A stretch of 63,867 nt of DNA from Octopus bimaculoides (Eukaryota). The position numbers were made by a program, and so were the translations under genes. The notes below the pieces were generated by a model. That model had not been told where the DNA came from and did no database searches. It saw only the letters and a program-made list of their open reading frames with translations. The DNA lies in the NCBI RefSeq assembly GCF_001194135.2, contig NC_068981.1:62342736-62406602 (forward strand), in the 5' to 3' direction. Below are positions 1 to 12,843 of the stretch, in pieces; position 1 is the first letter of the stretch, and each line of letters starts with the position of its first letter.

Positions 1-597
1 TATATATATATATATATGCATAGATAGATAGATAGATAGATAGAAAATCTTATATTTTCTATCTAGATGAAAATGTCTTCAATCTAAACTTCTAAATTCT
101 TAATTATTCTGGAAGGGATGTATACATCATTGTCATTCATAAAAAAATTGTCAAAATGATTAGGAATTCCACTGGACACAAAAAAAGGGCAAAATGTTTA
201 AGAACAATATACGTGTTGCAATATTTAATAGACGAATAAAAAGAATAAAGAAGAATAACAGATATAAAGAAGAGAAAATAAATATTCATGATAAAAAGTA
301 AAGATAAAAATAAACTTAAAATATGATACAAAGTAAAAATGAAAATACCGGACTAAAACAAAAAAGGAGCTAACGATGGAGATTGTTCTCGCTATATAGG
401 AAGTAAACAGAAATCGTGAGTTTATGTTTGTACAGCTATATATATATATATATAACGTCGACCACTAACGTGGACAATAAATGCGCTAGAGATAGATCAC
501 ATCTTGTGTCTATTAAAACCTAAATTGTTCGGAACATGAAATGTAGCAGCATACCAAAAACGTGAGCGAGCAAGACTTTTAAAATCACCTAAACAAG

Positions 598-675
598 CAT
601 TATTAAACAGGAACTAGTTTCGGATTTAACAAATTCTTACCCTTTGTCTATTCCTCATCAGCCTGATTTGTAATG
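598..675 (-). ncRNA. Type I hammerhead ribozyme, core intact, palindromic helix III (PLE pLTR-type)
   Basis: Minus strand reads CATTA-caaat-CAGG CUGAUGA GGA..(27 nt)..UCC GAAAC UA GUU/ CCUG-uuuaa-UAAUG. Helix I CAGG/CCUG extends through an internal loop to CATTA/TAATG. Helix II is closed by G-C. Helix III AACUAGUU is a perfect palindrome. Confidence 0.72.
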
Positions 676-2644
676 AACCGTAATCATCAGAATCGTATAC
701 AGAGTTGCCCACCGCCATTGGTGCGCGTGCATATGGTTCTGCTAATTACAGCTTAATGGTAAAATTCAAAAGTCTTCGTTTTGGCGCGCTAATTCCAGGA
801 ATATATCCGCAGAAAATATTTACTGCGTCTTTTATATTCAGTATGAGAACATGGGCAATGGGTAAAATATTATTATAANNNNNNNNNNNNNNNNNNNNNN
901 NNNNNNNNNNNNNNNNNNNNNNNNNNNNNNNNNNNNNNNNNNNNNNNNNNNNNNNNNNNNNNNNNNNNNNNNNNNNNNNNNNNNNNNNNNNNNNNNNNNN
1001 NNNNNNNNNNNNNNNNNNNNNNNNNNNNNNNNNNNNNNNNNNNNNNNNNNNNNNNNNNNNNNNNNNNNNNNNNNNNNNNNNNNNNNNNNNNNNNNNNNNN
1101 NNNNNNNNNNNNNNNNNNNNNNNNNNNNNNNNNNNNNNNNNNNNNNNNNNNNNNNNNNNNNNNNNNNNNNNNNNNNNNNNNNNNNNNNNNNNNNNNNNNN
1201 NNNNNNNNNNNNNNNNNNNNNNNNNNNNNNNNNNNNNNNNNNNATATATATACGAACGATAAATTTTCCCTTTCTTAAAGTAATTCATGCCTATAAGAAG
1301 TTATATATTTGTTCAATGCGATTCTTTCGTAATCATTGTTCTGCAGTTTTCAATCAGTCTCTTGTGACAAGTGTCATTGTTGTTCAATTTTTGCAGTTTC
1401 CTGAACATCGAAAGCGTAAATCGCGTATTTATAGCTTACAAGATTGAAGCTTCCCAGCAAATAACAAATAAAATATACACACATCCATGTATACTTCTAT
1501 ACATAGATACACATACAAATGCAAACACACACAGAGTCACACACAAATACACAATCACCACACACGCATATACACACATGCACACGTAAAAACACATGCA
1601 CGCGTAAAAACACATGCACACATATATAGATAGACGTATAACAGATGTAAGTATGAAATTAATACACTTATTACGTAAGCCAAGTATTTATCGATTGACC
1701 GTGGACAATGATTCAGCTGGTAGCCAGTATCATGTCTTTACATATATATGTATTAAACAAAAGTGAAAAATAACATATATAAAGTAACTATGGAATATTT
1801 TGCAGTCTTTACTATGTACATGCAAACATTTGAGTGACAATCAGGATATCCCCTGTTAAATTAGATACAATTACTCAACAAATAATGAAATATAATGTTG
1901 TAGCTATTGATATAATAAGTGGTTGTTATAAAAACATGAGCCAAGGATGAACAAGAGACGACGTTTTCACATTATATGCGTAGAGAAATTCATAGACGTC
2001 TATGGTATTAGTAAAAAATAATCTCCGCTTACACTAGTGGTATAGCTAGTAACTGATATACCGGAACGTTTATCGACAGATTTGAAATTACGTATGAGCT
2101 ATTAGTAGCTAGGCGTGTATGAACTTAGGAAGGTGTACTTCTAAAGTACAACAGTATCTAACATCTGCCATCAACAAATAAATTAAAAAGCAATCACATA
2201 TTCTCATCGAGATGTAATAAGTCTTCTCTTCATTGTAAGGTTTCTAGATATAATGATGTTACGCTTATTGTTATAATAAAGATATTCTTATTGTGCTGCT
2301 ACGTATCATCTTTCAATTCATTTCTTGTTCTGTCTCGTGTGGTCCATTTCACCACTGTCTCAGGTTTCACCACACATTTCTTGTTTTCATAATGTTATTA
2401 TAAATCCTAATTTATAAAAAAAAAGTTTTATTCTGCAGATTTCAGTGTTACAGTCATAAGATCTGCTACCAAAAATTTAACCAGGGTCTAACAATAAAAT
2501 GTAATTCTGAAATCTTATATCTATTCATAATTCACTTGGTATTAGTACTCGAGAAATTATTGTCAAGTATCTCATCTTTCCACAGTATACCAAATAAGTA
2601 ATTACGAGTTGTGCTATCGTTTAAATAAGAAGTTTTCCCGCAAT

Positions 2645-2776
2645 ACAGTTAACACTTAAGAGAGACGAACGGATCCCAAAGAACTGCTAAGAGTTGAATG
2701 TAAGACGAAGATCAGTTCCTCCACAAAAATCCTGAACAAACGTCTCATAGATATCGAAACTATGATTCAGTGTACA

Positions 2777-2822
<46 letters not shown>

Positions 2823-3985
2823 TATANNNNNNNNNNNNNNNNNNNNNNNNNNNNNNNNNNNNNNNNNNNNNNNNNNNNNNNNNNNNNNNNNNNNNNNNNN
2901 NNNNNNNNNNNNNNNNNNNNNNNNNNNNNNNNNNNNNNNNNNNNNNNNNNNNNNNNNNNNNNNNNNNNNNNNNNNNNNNNNNNNNNNNNNNNNNNNNNNN
3001 NNNNNNNNNNNNNNNNNNNNNNNNNNNNNNNNNNNNNNNNNNNNNNNNNNNNNNNNNNNNNNNNNNNNNNNNNNNNNNNNNNNNNNNNNNNNNNNNNNNN
3101 NNNNNNNNNNNNNNNNNNNNNNNNNNNNNNNNNNNNNNNNNNNNNNNNNNNNNNNNNNNNNNNNNNNNNNNNNNNNNNNNNNATATATATATATATACAA
3201 AGATATATGTATATATACACAAAGTTTAACATTGAAGACAAAATAGAAAAATTTATCTCACGAAATCTTTTCATAACCCTGAAAGACTATCAAGATAACT
3301 TCATGCAAACTCCTAGATATAGATTCATAAATCTCAGAAAATGCGAACTAAGAATTATTATTAATTGCGTATTAGATAATATCATACGACATATCACAGC
3401 ACACTCAAAACTTACTCCATGGATAAGCAGTAGTGCAACTATTGAATGGTTAAAGAAAATAAGAGATAAACCCAAATGCAATTTTATACAATTCGATATC
3501 GTAGAGCTCTATAACTCGATCTCCAAAAGCTTGCTTCAGAAAGCAATTGAATTTAGTAAGACATATGCCACTGTACCAAATACTGATATAGATATAATTA
3601 TGAACGCAAGGAAGTCATTACTATTTCATGATAATTCATATTGGGTAAAAATGAATGGAGACGGGTTAATTGACATGGAGAGCTCTAACGGTGCAGATAT
3701 AGCTGACGTTGTAGGCCCTCATATCTTAAATATCCTTAAATAGGAAATAAAGGAAGCTAACATAAGTTTATATAGGGACGATGGCCTGGGAGTAGAATAC
3801 AGTAAAACCGGACATGTTACGGATACAACAAGGAAAAATTATGCAAAATATTTAGTCACTTAGTCTTAAAAACTACAATTAGTGCCAACTTTAAAGAAGT
3901 CAAATTCTTAGTTATTAGCATGAACCTTAACACAGGAAGATTTAAACCCTATTACAAAATAAACGAGGAGATCTCGTACATAGTC
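2645..3985 (+). mobile_element. Penelope-like element RT fragment (decayed), interrupted by (TA)n/gap 2827-3182
   Basis: ORF 3207-3743 reads FITLKDYQDNF..RFIN..FIQFDIVELYNSIS..ARKSLLF..WVK..SNGADIADVVG; after a stop it continues ISLYRDDGLG. This is the typical PLE RT motif order. Confidence 0.85.
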
Positions 3986-4019
3986 ATATTTCTTGTGTGT
4001 GTGTAGTCTGTATGCTATG

Positions 4020-4350
4020 TGTTCAGAAAAGGGTCTATCCTGTTGAGATTACCATCGCAGATGTCATCTGAAGTATTTAATGATCTCATCTCGAACGTTT
4101 AGGCTGTAATTTGTTGATTATATGATATCTAGCTTTTCAGTACTACAGAATTCACAAAATAGTTACCCCGTCCTCTGTATTTTCCTTTTCTATCTGGGGG
4201 TTGGTTATTCCACCTTCTTTCAAAATTCATATAATATTTGACAGGGTTGTTGCATGTTTTGTTTTTAAATTTTATCTCTGAATGACACCGAGTTGACTGT
4301 CATACCGATATGTCTTTTCCACTCCGTTGGGGTCTCTAATCTTAGCCTCG
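4020..4350 (-). mobile_element. PLE GIY-YIG endonuclease remnant, opposite strand to the adjacent RT fragment
   Basis: Minus-strand frames pieced across frameshifts: GVEKT-YIGMT..KHATTLS..ILKEGGITNP..CEFCSTEKLDII..SLNVRDEII. Confidence 0.55.
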
Positions 4351-4404
4351 TATACTAGTTCATTTATATATATATATATGTCATGCGATGCTGGGACGGA
4401 CACA

Positions 4405-4582
4405 CACATCGCATGACATCGATGCTGGTGTGTTTACGTCCCCGTAACTTAGAGGTTCGGCATAAGAGACCGATAGGATAAATACTAGGCTTACAAAGAA
4501 TAAATTCTGGGGTTGATATGCTCGATTAAAGGCGGTGCTCCGGCATGGCCGCAGTCAAAATGACTGAAACGAATAAAAGAAG
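4405..4582 (+). mobile_element. tRNA-headed SINE family A, 3' half
   Basis: gatgctggtgtgtttacgtccccgtaacttag..cggcatggccgcagtcaaaatgactgaaac, shared with copies at 37221, 40381 and 58265. Confidence 0.8.
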
Positions 4583-4606
4583 ATATATATGTGTGTGTGT
4601 GTGTGA

Positions 4607-4686
<80 letters not shown>

Positions 4687-5104
4687 TATTTTATGTTTAC
4701 TAATTGTAGTAGTTATAATTTGTACTTATAAAGCATGTATCAATTAATAAGATGATACTATGATTTTTATAAATAAATAATTTAGATATTTTAATTAACT
4801 TATTTAATGTAAACATATTAATTTATAGTATTTTAGCTTCTTTCATGTATATTATTAATTTACGTATTTTTGTTTTAATTTATTAGACTTTAAAATTGTG
4901 TGTGTGTCGCAAACGTATATGTAGTCAAAGAAATAGGTAGGTTAATATATAGATGAATTACTGCCTACTTGAATAGTCTTCCAAACAGTAAATAATTTTT
5001 CTTTGTAGGGTCTCTTATGTGTATTTTAAAAATTAATATCTTCTCTAATAATGTCCATTGAAATGTATGCTCCATATAAAACGTTAGTAATATTGTGAGA
5101 AAAT

Positions 5105-5385
5105 ACGCCTGGCTTAGTGGTTATAGGTATTCAGCTCACGATCGTACATTCGTATGTTCGACTCTTGGTGGAGCGTTTTATCCTTCAGTTTATTCAGCTG
5201 TATTAGTTGTATCTATAATTCAAAAGGCCAGCCTTGTCACACTCTATGTCTCTCTGAATCACTTTGTAAAGTTCGTTAACGGCACCGCGTCTGTGGAGTG
5301 TTCAGCCACTTACACGTTTATTTTTTCACGAGCCGGCTGTCCCGTTGATCCGGTCAACTGGAACACTGGTCGTCGTAACCGTGCC
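5105..5385 (+). mobile_element. tRNA-headed SINE, diverged relative of family C (57326)
   Basis: A-box-like tggcttagtgg and B-box-like gttcgactc. The 3' body cagccttgtcacac..gtctgtggagtg.tcagccactt..gttgatc.ggtcaactggaac is shared with 57326-57709. Confidence 0.65.
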
Positions 5386-6507
5386 ATTTTTTTAAAGTTA
5401 TAAAACATCAGCGTTCTCTTATTTAAGACTTTTTCATAATTTCCTTTTAGCAGTAACCAGAGTAAGAATGTAAAATGATACAAATTATAAAATCAAATAT
5501 TTGCAGAATCAGAAAAATTGTCTTATATTGCAGACAAATAATCCAAAATGCACATATAACAGGTATGTACTATCGAGCAGTAATAAATATTCTGTAACTG
5601 ATGCCGAAAATCTATGAAGCCGAGCACCAAAATTCAGAAAGCAGACATTTGGAACTAAATGCAGTGTTCGAACAGCATATCATCGCTTCATACAAAATAT
5701 TGCCAAATCTTATTTTAACAAATTACAGTGAAAACAGTTTTGTACATGTTAAGTTACACTGAATAGAATTCTTGAGTCAACTCAAAGTTATTACTGCTCT
5801 GGTTTTACGCTAATAATTGGTCAATGATCTAGAAAACTCAATATTCGATATTACTTGACGCATATCAAAACAATCTGCTTTAGTCTGAGGTATTGTCTCT
5901 GTTAAAAAACTTGAACATTTTTGGTAAATGATGTTAAGAACTTAAGAACTTTGTAACAAAATTAAAGATTTTTAAGAAGTGACCAACATTGATTTAAAGA
6001 AGTGAATTGGACATTAGTTTCAGGAAACAAATAATATTACTGGACAAGACAACCAGTCTTTCTGATATTCAAAATATTAAACATCTATTTGCTTTTATAC
6101 AATGCACATGCCTTTTGCTTCATGCTTGTAAAGGCGTTTGTGGCACTGTAATTTATTTACCATGTATCTGAAATTCCACACTTATTTAGCATTAACGCCC
6201 TTGGATGAAATAATTACAAGGATATTTATTCAGAAGCGTATGAGAGAAATACATGCAACCCTAATGTTGTGAAAATATGGTCAGCCCAGTATGACCCGCT
6301 AGTTGTTTAGTGCAGCATATACTGACATTGGACGATCTAAAGGTTTCTTTGATGTCAAATATGAAAAGGAAAATGCTGGAGTAGGGATTTTTGCGCAGTT
6401 AATTGTACATTTATATAACTCCTACTCTAAAAGCTATTCTTGAAGAAGTCAATAAATTCCAGCTTCACTGTGCATTATTATATTGAATTTGAGATCTATA
6501 CCCGCAG

Positions 6508-6811
6508 CATTTCAATCTTCCAATCCTAATTTTAGCAAACTATATTAAGACCATGAACTGTTAAGAAACTTCAGACAAAGATTGCAAAGAGGTATAAGGA
6601 CAAGAAAGCATCCAATCAGTAGAGTCTATAAAGAACTTGAAAGCCTTTAAGAAGTTGACAATTCAAAGTAAGCATTGAGTTAATTTCGTGGTTTGCAGTG
6701 CATGTTTAATGGGATTCATTTTGCAGGTGGAACATGGATTGCGTTCAGAGAATCTTTCCATTGAATCGGGGATACAATGAAAAACTTCCAAGTTTCACAG
6801 ATTCTCTAAAG
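6508..6811 (+). pseudogene. Unidentified spliced fossil ORF (two frame-compatible exons, 59-nt intron)
   Basis: Exon 6508-6667 (cag|..|gtaagc) and exon 6727-6811 (ttgcag|..|gtatgt) join in frame: FQSSNPNFSKLY*DHELLRNFRQRLQRGIRTRKHPISRVYKELESL*EVDNSKWNMDCVQRIFPLNRGYNEKLPSFTDSLK. It has two TAA stops; no family recognised. Confidence 0.33.
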
Positions 6812-9068
6812 GTATGTGTTTCGCGAATGAATCACAAAATTAGTTTGTCAAGAATTTCTGACATTCTAAAGTAAAATATATATTGCTAGACAGGTGTTCT
6901 AAACATTTCCAGTTGTTGCACATGCATCTCCGTCTTCTTCCTATGTTGAGGAAACCACGTTTCTGTTGGTATATATTAATTTAAATGGCATTAATTACAA
7001 GGTATAAGAAAATTTATTAAACTCTCACACTGAGAGTTAGTCGAGCTGAGTTAGTGGTAAACAACTTACATGACAAAGGCATTATTTCTTAATGTTGGTA
7101 CGATATTCCTCATTAATAAAATGCCACAACTGAATATATGCATGGATCTATTTTGAGAAGGTTTTATTTATATCATGCTTAGTTCCATTTTTGAAAGATG
7201 TGGATAACTGGTATATTGCAAATTGCTATCCACAGCGGATACAAGAAAACAAATGGCTCGAAACTAAACTTACAAGAAATCAGATTATCATTGCAAGAAT
7301 TATTAGAGATGACATTAACAAACAAGCCAAAATATGAATGGTGACAATATATGAATTGTGTATTAATATAACAAACAAGACAATATATGAATGGTGTATT
7401 AATATAAATCTGTAACCCCTTTTTGTGAGGTAATATCAACTACAACGTAACAGGTATTGCCTGCAACAGATATTGGCATTAACGTCATTCACACCAAAGT
7501 ATCACATTGTATATGGATGTAATAAACATTAAACTCTCCTAACAGATTTGAGGAACTTACATTACGATGGCAGAAGTATCTAGCTTTAATCTAATGAGAA
7601 AATATTTAGGTGAATATCATAGTCAGCTCAGTGAGTGTAGAAGGTGGAAATCATACTCTGTTCGTGGATAGTTAAGAGAGTAGACGGTTGTACGATGGTA
7701 CAGCACCTAATACCAACCTAGCGAACATAACGTATGCATGTGATCTGAAAAAAGAAGCCTACTTCAGAAGGTCTGTTTTATCTTTTGTTTGATGATATTA
7801 TTGCAGATCTAACTGACCATTTTAATGTTGTTTAACATTTCAGTAAAACACCTGAGTTATGTGGAAATATCCAGCATTTCAAGTAACATCAAAAACCTAT
7901 CATCAGATTCAAACATTTCAAAAGCATTTCGAATTCCACTGTCTGAAGCCTGATAAGTTGATCAAAGAAGATTACGAATTAAACGAATCACTTCCAGGTA
8001 AATGCTTTTACGTGATGTTAGAAATTTTGATGATTCAAAAGGCTAGGCAAAGTTCATTTCACTAGCTATGTTAACTTCATTTTACTTTAAATAGAATATA
8101 TTTTATTCTAATCATTCTGACGCAGTAATAAAGCTTTACTATGGGACATATTTTTTTGTTAATGAAAGATTCGCATTTATTTTTCAATCATACTCTGTTA
8201 ATCATGCTACAAAAAAACTGTCCAACATATTCATACTTTAAGCTAAATATACACTTCTACAAAGAAATATACACGAAAAATTAAAATTGTTATTTTACCA
8301 TTTCTTTATTGAAAATAAAGAAGTACTTAATGAAATTAATAAGTAGCATTTTGTATTTAACTCCAGTCAGTACTAGGAAATAATATTGTTCTGATAGGTT
8401 ATGTTGGCCTCGCTGCTAAACTAAAGTCTTGATTCGGTGGAAAAATATACCCGTCTCATGCTGTTGCATTACTGCTCGCAATTACCGTGTAAAGTAGTTT
8501 TAATTTTGTCTGCAAACTATTGGAAACCCAATGAATTCTTGGCAATGAGTTATCAAATAATGTGCAACGATTTATAACATGTTTTAATATTAACAGAACA
8601 TCTTAGCATCCATGTATTTATTCATACAAAAATAGTGTTAGACAACCAAATGTGATATTGCCTATTACATCAAAAATATATATGTTGAAAATCATTATGT
8701 TGAAATCAACATTAACACTGTCTAGCGTAACTATTAAATAATGTACTTGACTGAATGAGCGTCAAGTGTTGAAGTGTTATTTCATATAAATTAGCATGTT
8801 TGAATTAGCATGCTACAATACATAAATTAGCATGTTTCCATGAGAATGAAATTGTGTTGCCCAGAAAGCTACTTATGAAAATGATATTTCTTTCGGCACA
8901 GAAGCCAGTATTAGCTTCAATATATCTCAGCAAATTTAAATATATGAGAAACCTCTATGATGTTAGTTATAGTGGACAAAATAAATTTGCATAACAGAAC
9001 ACGAGACTACATAAAGAAAACAAATGTTTAGATATGCGTGTATATTGGTATATATACATATATATACA

Positions 9069-9106
<38 letters not shown>

Positions 9107-9303
9107 NNNNNNNNNNNNNNNNNNNNNNNNNNNNNNNNNNNNNNNNNNNNNNNNNNNNNNNNNNNNNNNNNNNNNNNNNNNNNNNNNNNNNNNNNNNNNN
9201 NNNNNNNNNNNNNNNNNNNNNNNNNNNNNNNNNNNNNNNNNNNNNNNNNNNNNNNNNNNNNNNNNNNNNNNNNNNNNNNNNNNNNNNNNNNNNNNNNNNN
9301 NNN

Positions 9304-9763
9304 GGTACTCAGAAATCTGGACGTTTGTACATTTACAGATTTTTATTAATGTTACATATTAAATAAAGCGCTTTTCACCTAGTCGTGTAGGATTTTCAAA
9401 TTGTTTTGAGAAAACTGTGCGGAGGGTCTCTTTATATAGTTTTATTGAGTGTGTAGGGGTGGAGAGAGAGATATATAGGATAGTAAGAGAGGGTGAGGAA
9501 AGGTGAGAGACGGAGAGTGTGTGTGTGTGTGTGAGTGTGTGTTTTTTTGTGTTGGTGTGTGTGTCTGTGTGTGTACGTGTGTGTGTCGATGTGAAAGAGA
9601 AAAGAGAAAAGAAGAAAATTGAGTTCATAGCTGGTTAGTTCTTTTCAATAAGTTTATTTTTAGCCTTTTAAAGGAATGGCAAAAGCAGGTGTGATCGTTT
9701 TGAAGAAGTTGCTTTTCAAAAAGAATCTTTGGTGTCATTGTCTAGTAGGAGAGTGTGGGTGCG

Positions 9764-9801
<38 letters not shown>

Positions 9802-11121
9802 GTGTTTGTGCGTGTGTCTGTGTGCGTGTGTCTGTGTGAGTGTGTGTGTGTGCGTGCGTGTGTGTCTGAAAGGGGTGTAAAAGGGAAGGAAGGAATTGTG
9901 ATTATATCTATACAGCTAGTTAGTTCAAAAAAAGTTAGGAGAGAAATATGAGAACCTAGGTAACTGGGTTCAATTCTTGTTGGTACAAAAATGTCCCGCT
10001 ATCTGGGTTTCTTGCTGTTTTGTTAGGGTCTGTTGTTCCAAAGTTGAAGATCCTAGATGGGTTGTGATCTGCATGTTTCAGCCATTCAGTTTTGGTGAGA
10101 ATTTTGCTATGAAGTATTTCTCCATATTTTTCCTGAAGGAGGTATCGTTTCTTGAGCATTTATAGAAGGGAAAGATCTTAAATTTTCCTTCCCCACATGT
10201 TCCTAGGTGTTCACTCAGGGGAATTTTCCGTAGTTCCTCCTGTCGGACATGTTATCGGTGAATTCTGGCTCGTTGACGGAAGGAATTTCCAGTTTCACCT
10301 ATATAATTCTCCTTGCATGTGGGGCAGGTTATGCAGTATATTACATTCTGCGTCTTACAGTTCATGTCTGCATTTACATTGAATGTGTGACCACTCTTAA
10401 ATTTTATTTGTTTGTTCCCCTCTATATATTTGTAGATGGGATTGCTGCAGGTTCCACATCTACCATCTCCACACTCTTTTACCTAGAATTCGGTTTTATT
10501 CTCTGCTGAGAATTTCGCTCTTGTAAGGTGTTTTTTAAGTTTTTTTCTTGGCGTTTACTGATTTTTATGCAATATTTGTTTAGTAGGTTTTCCATTTTGG
10601 GGCTCTTTCCCACTGACACACCTTTCAAATACACAGGCACACACACACGCACAGATACACACACACACACAAAAACGCACCTACACTCTCCTACTAGACA
10701 ATGACACCAAAGATTCTTTTTGAAAAGCAACTTCTTCAAAACGATCACACCTGCTTTTGCCATTCCTTTAAAAGGCTAAAAATAAACTTATTGAAAAGAA
10801 CTAACCAGCTATGAACCCAATTTTCTTCTTTTCTCTTTTCTCATTCCCATCGATACACACACACAGACACACACACCAACACAAAAAACACACACTCACA
10901 TACACACACACACACTCTCTCTCTCTCTCTCACTTTTCCTCACCCTCTCTTACTATCCTATATATCTCTCTCTCCACCCCTACACAGTCAATAAAGTTTT
11001 CTCCGCAAAGTTTTCTCAAAACAATTTGAAAATCCTGCACGACTAGGTGAAAAGCGCTTTATTTAATATGTAACATTAATAAAAATCTGTAAATGTACAA
11101 ACATCCAGATTTCTGAGTACC
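9304..11121 (-). mobile_element. 5'-truncated Neptune-type PLE with long inverted 3'-end duplication (arms ~9304-9890 and ~10604-11121)
   Basis: 9304 ggtactcagaaatctggacgtttgtacatttacag.. is the reverse complement of ..ctgtaaatgtacaaacatccagatttctgagtacc ending at 11121. Homology continues inward for ~520-590 bp including two GT tracts. The body encodes GIY-YIG on the minus strand. Confidence 0.85.
10078..10600 (-). pseudogene. PLE Cys-linker plus GIY-YIG endonuclease (Neptune-like), one stop and one frameshift
   Basis: KRQEKNLKNTL../VKECGDGRCGTC..MNCKTQNVIYCITCPTCKENYIGETGNSFRQRARIHR*HVRQ..SEHLGTCGEGKFKIFPFYKC..EKYFIAKFSPKLNG*; the internal stop is at 10252-10254. Confidence 0.85.
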
Positions 11122-11465
11122 TTAATATTTTTCTATATAATTTCTATACATCACCTCCAAACCTTCAAATATATATATATATATATATATAAGTAAATAA
11201 TTTAATAATAAGGGTAGGAATTGATATTAATCAATTAAAACTAATGGTCTAGCATATTTTTAAAAGTCCGAAGATTAAAATTATATTACATACAAACTTA
11301 AGAGGAATGTCCAGCAAAAGTGGACTCCTATATGCTAGAAATAGATGCCGAATCACCTAACCACGAAGAATATGTTCTCAAGAAAAAAATTTCAGCGAGA
11401 CACCAGACCGTAAAAGGGCAAGACAAATGAAAATATGCGAAATAAAAAATAACGATTAACCTACG

Positions 11466-11525
11466 TACCAATCGTTTCAGCTGTTAATATTTACACAAGC
11501 AAATATCAGCAGGCTCATCAGAGTA
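11466..11525 (-). ncRNA. Degenerate hammerhead motif
   Basis: Minus: tact CUGAUGA gccugcug-auauuu..aaauau-uaa-cagcu GAAAC gauu ggua. The core boxes are intact; the base of helix II and helix III are imperfect. Confidence 0.35.
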
Positions 11526-12359
11526 GTCTGTCGATTCATAAATTATAATTTCCAGAACTAGACGCAGAACGTTCACCTGAAAGGGACCACGTGTAGAGTT
11601 TTACAAATTACATTCAGTGTATCCTTTCAAATGTCTTCAATCTGGCGCGCTGTGGCCCGAAATAACTCTGCAGTTAATAGATTTCTGCAGCAAATTTATA
11701 CATATATATATATATATATANNNNNNNNNNNNNNNNNNNNNNNNNNNNNNNNNNNNNNNNNNNNNNNNNNNNNNNNNNNNNNNNNNNNNNNNNNNNNNNN
11801 NNNNNNNNNNNNNNNNNNNNNNNNNNNNNNNNNNNNNNNNNNNNNNNNNNNNNNNNNNNNNNNNNNNNNNNNNNNNNNNNNNNNNNNNNNNNNNNNNNNN
11901 NNNNNNNNNNNNNNNNNNNNNNNNNNNNNNNNNNNNNNNNNNNNNNNNNNNNNNNNNNNNNNNNNNNNNNNNNNNNNNNNNNNNNNNNNNNNNNNNNNNN
12001 NNNNNNNNNNNNNNNNNNNNNNNNNNNNNNNNNNNNNNNNNNNNNNNNNNNNNNNNNNNNNNNNNNNNNNNNNNNNNNNNNNNNNNNNNNNNNNNNNNNN
12101 NNNNNNNNNNNNNNNNNNNNNNNNNNNNNNNNNNNNNNNNNNNNNNNNNNNNNNNNNNNNNNNNNNNNNNNNNNNNNNNNNNNNNNNNNNNNNNNNNNNN
12201 NNNNNNNNNNNNNNNNNNNNNNNNNNNNNNNNNNNNNNNNNNNNNNNNNNNNNNNNNNNNNNNNNNNNNNNNNNNNNNNNNNNNNNNNNNNNNNNNNNNN
12301 NNNNNNNNNNNNNNNNNNNNNNNNNNNNNNNNNNNNNNNNNNNNNNNNNNNNNNTATAT

Positions 12360-12393
<34 letters not shown>

Positions 12394-12421
12394 ATACATA
12401 TATATATACATATATGTATAC

Positions 12422-12460
<39 letters not shown>

Positions 12461-12806
12461 TATACACACACATATATATATATAAGAAAATAGAATTCCA
12501 GACTCCAAATTCGTTTGACAGTGCCACAAAGAAATCTGTCATCCTTTTCGTTACTTTTGTAACGTCCTACTGATTACAACTACATATACACCTACACAAT
12601 TATACATACGCACACACATACTCGTACACTCTAGGTCAGTTTTTGAGTCATGCACTAATTGTGTTCAATTTCTGTTTTGTTATCAATTCCTGTGATAAGT
12701 AGTTACTTAATTAGGAGGTACTCATGCACACACGCGCGCGCGCAAAAGAAAACACCCACACATACACACCCACATGTATTACATGTATATATATATATAT
12801 GTGTTC

Positions 12807-12843
<37 letters not shown>

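Noticed and set aside
641-745. Apparent minus-strand exon EPYARAPMAVGNSVYDSDDYGSLQIRLMRNRQR|gtaaga
   Set aside because: It overlaps the hammerhead at 598-675; the donor-like site lies in loop II. No partner exons were found.
7875-7912. Minus-strand CUGAUGA..GAAA motif; similar cases at 20374 (+) and 24975 (-)
   Set aside because: Helix I does not pair and/or the cleavage triplet or GAAA box is wrong; these look like chance matches.
11031-11062. CTGCACGA..GAAAAGCGCTTT near the 3' end of the Neptune arms, at the position where an HHR is expected
   Set aside because: The core does not match CUGANGA and no helix II can form; at most a relic.
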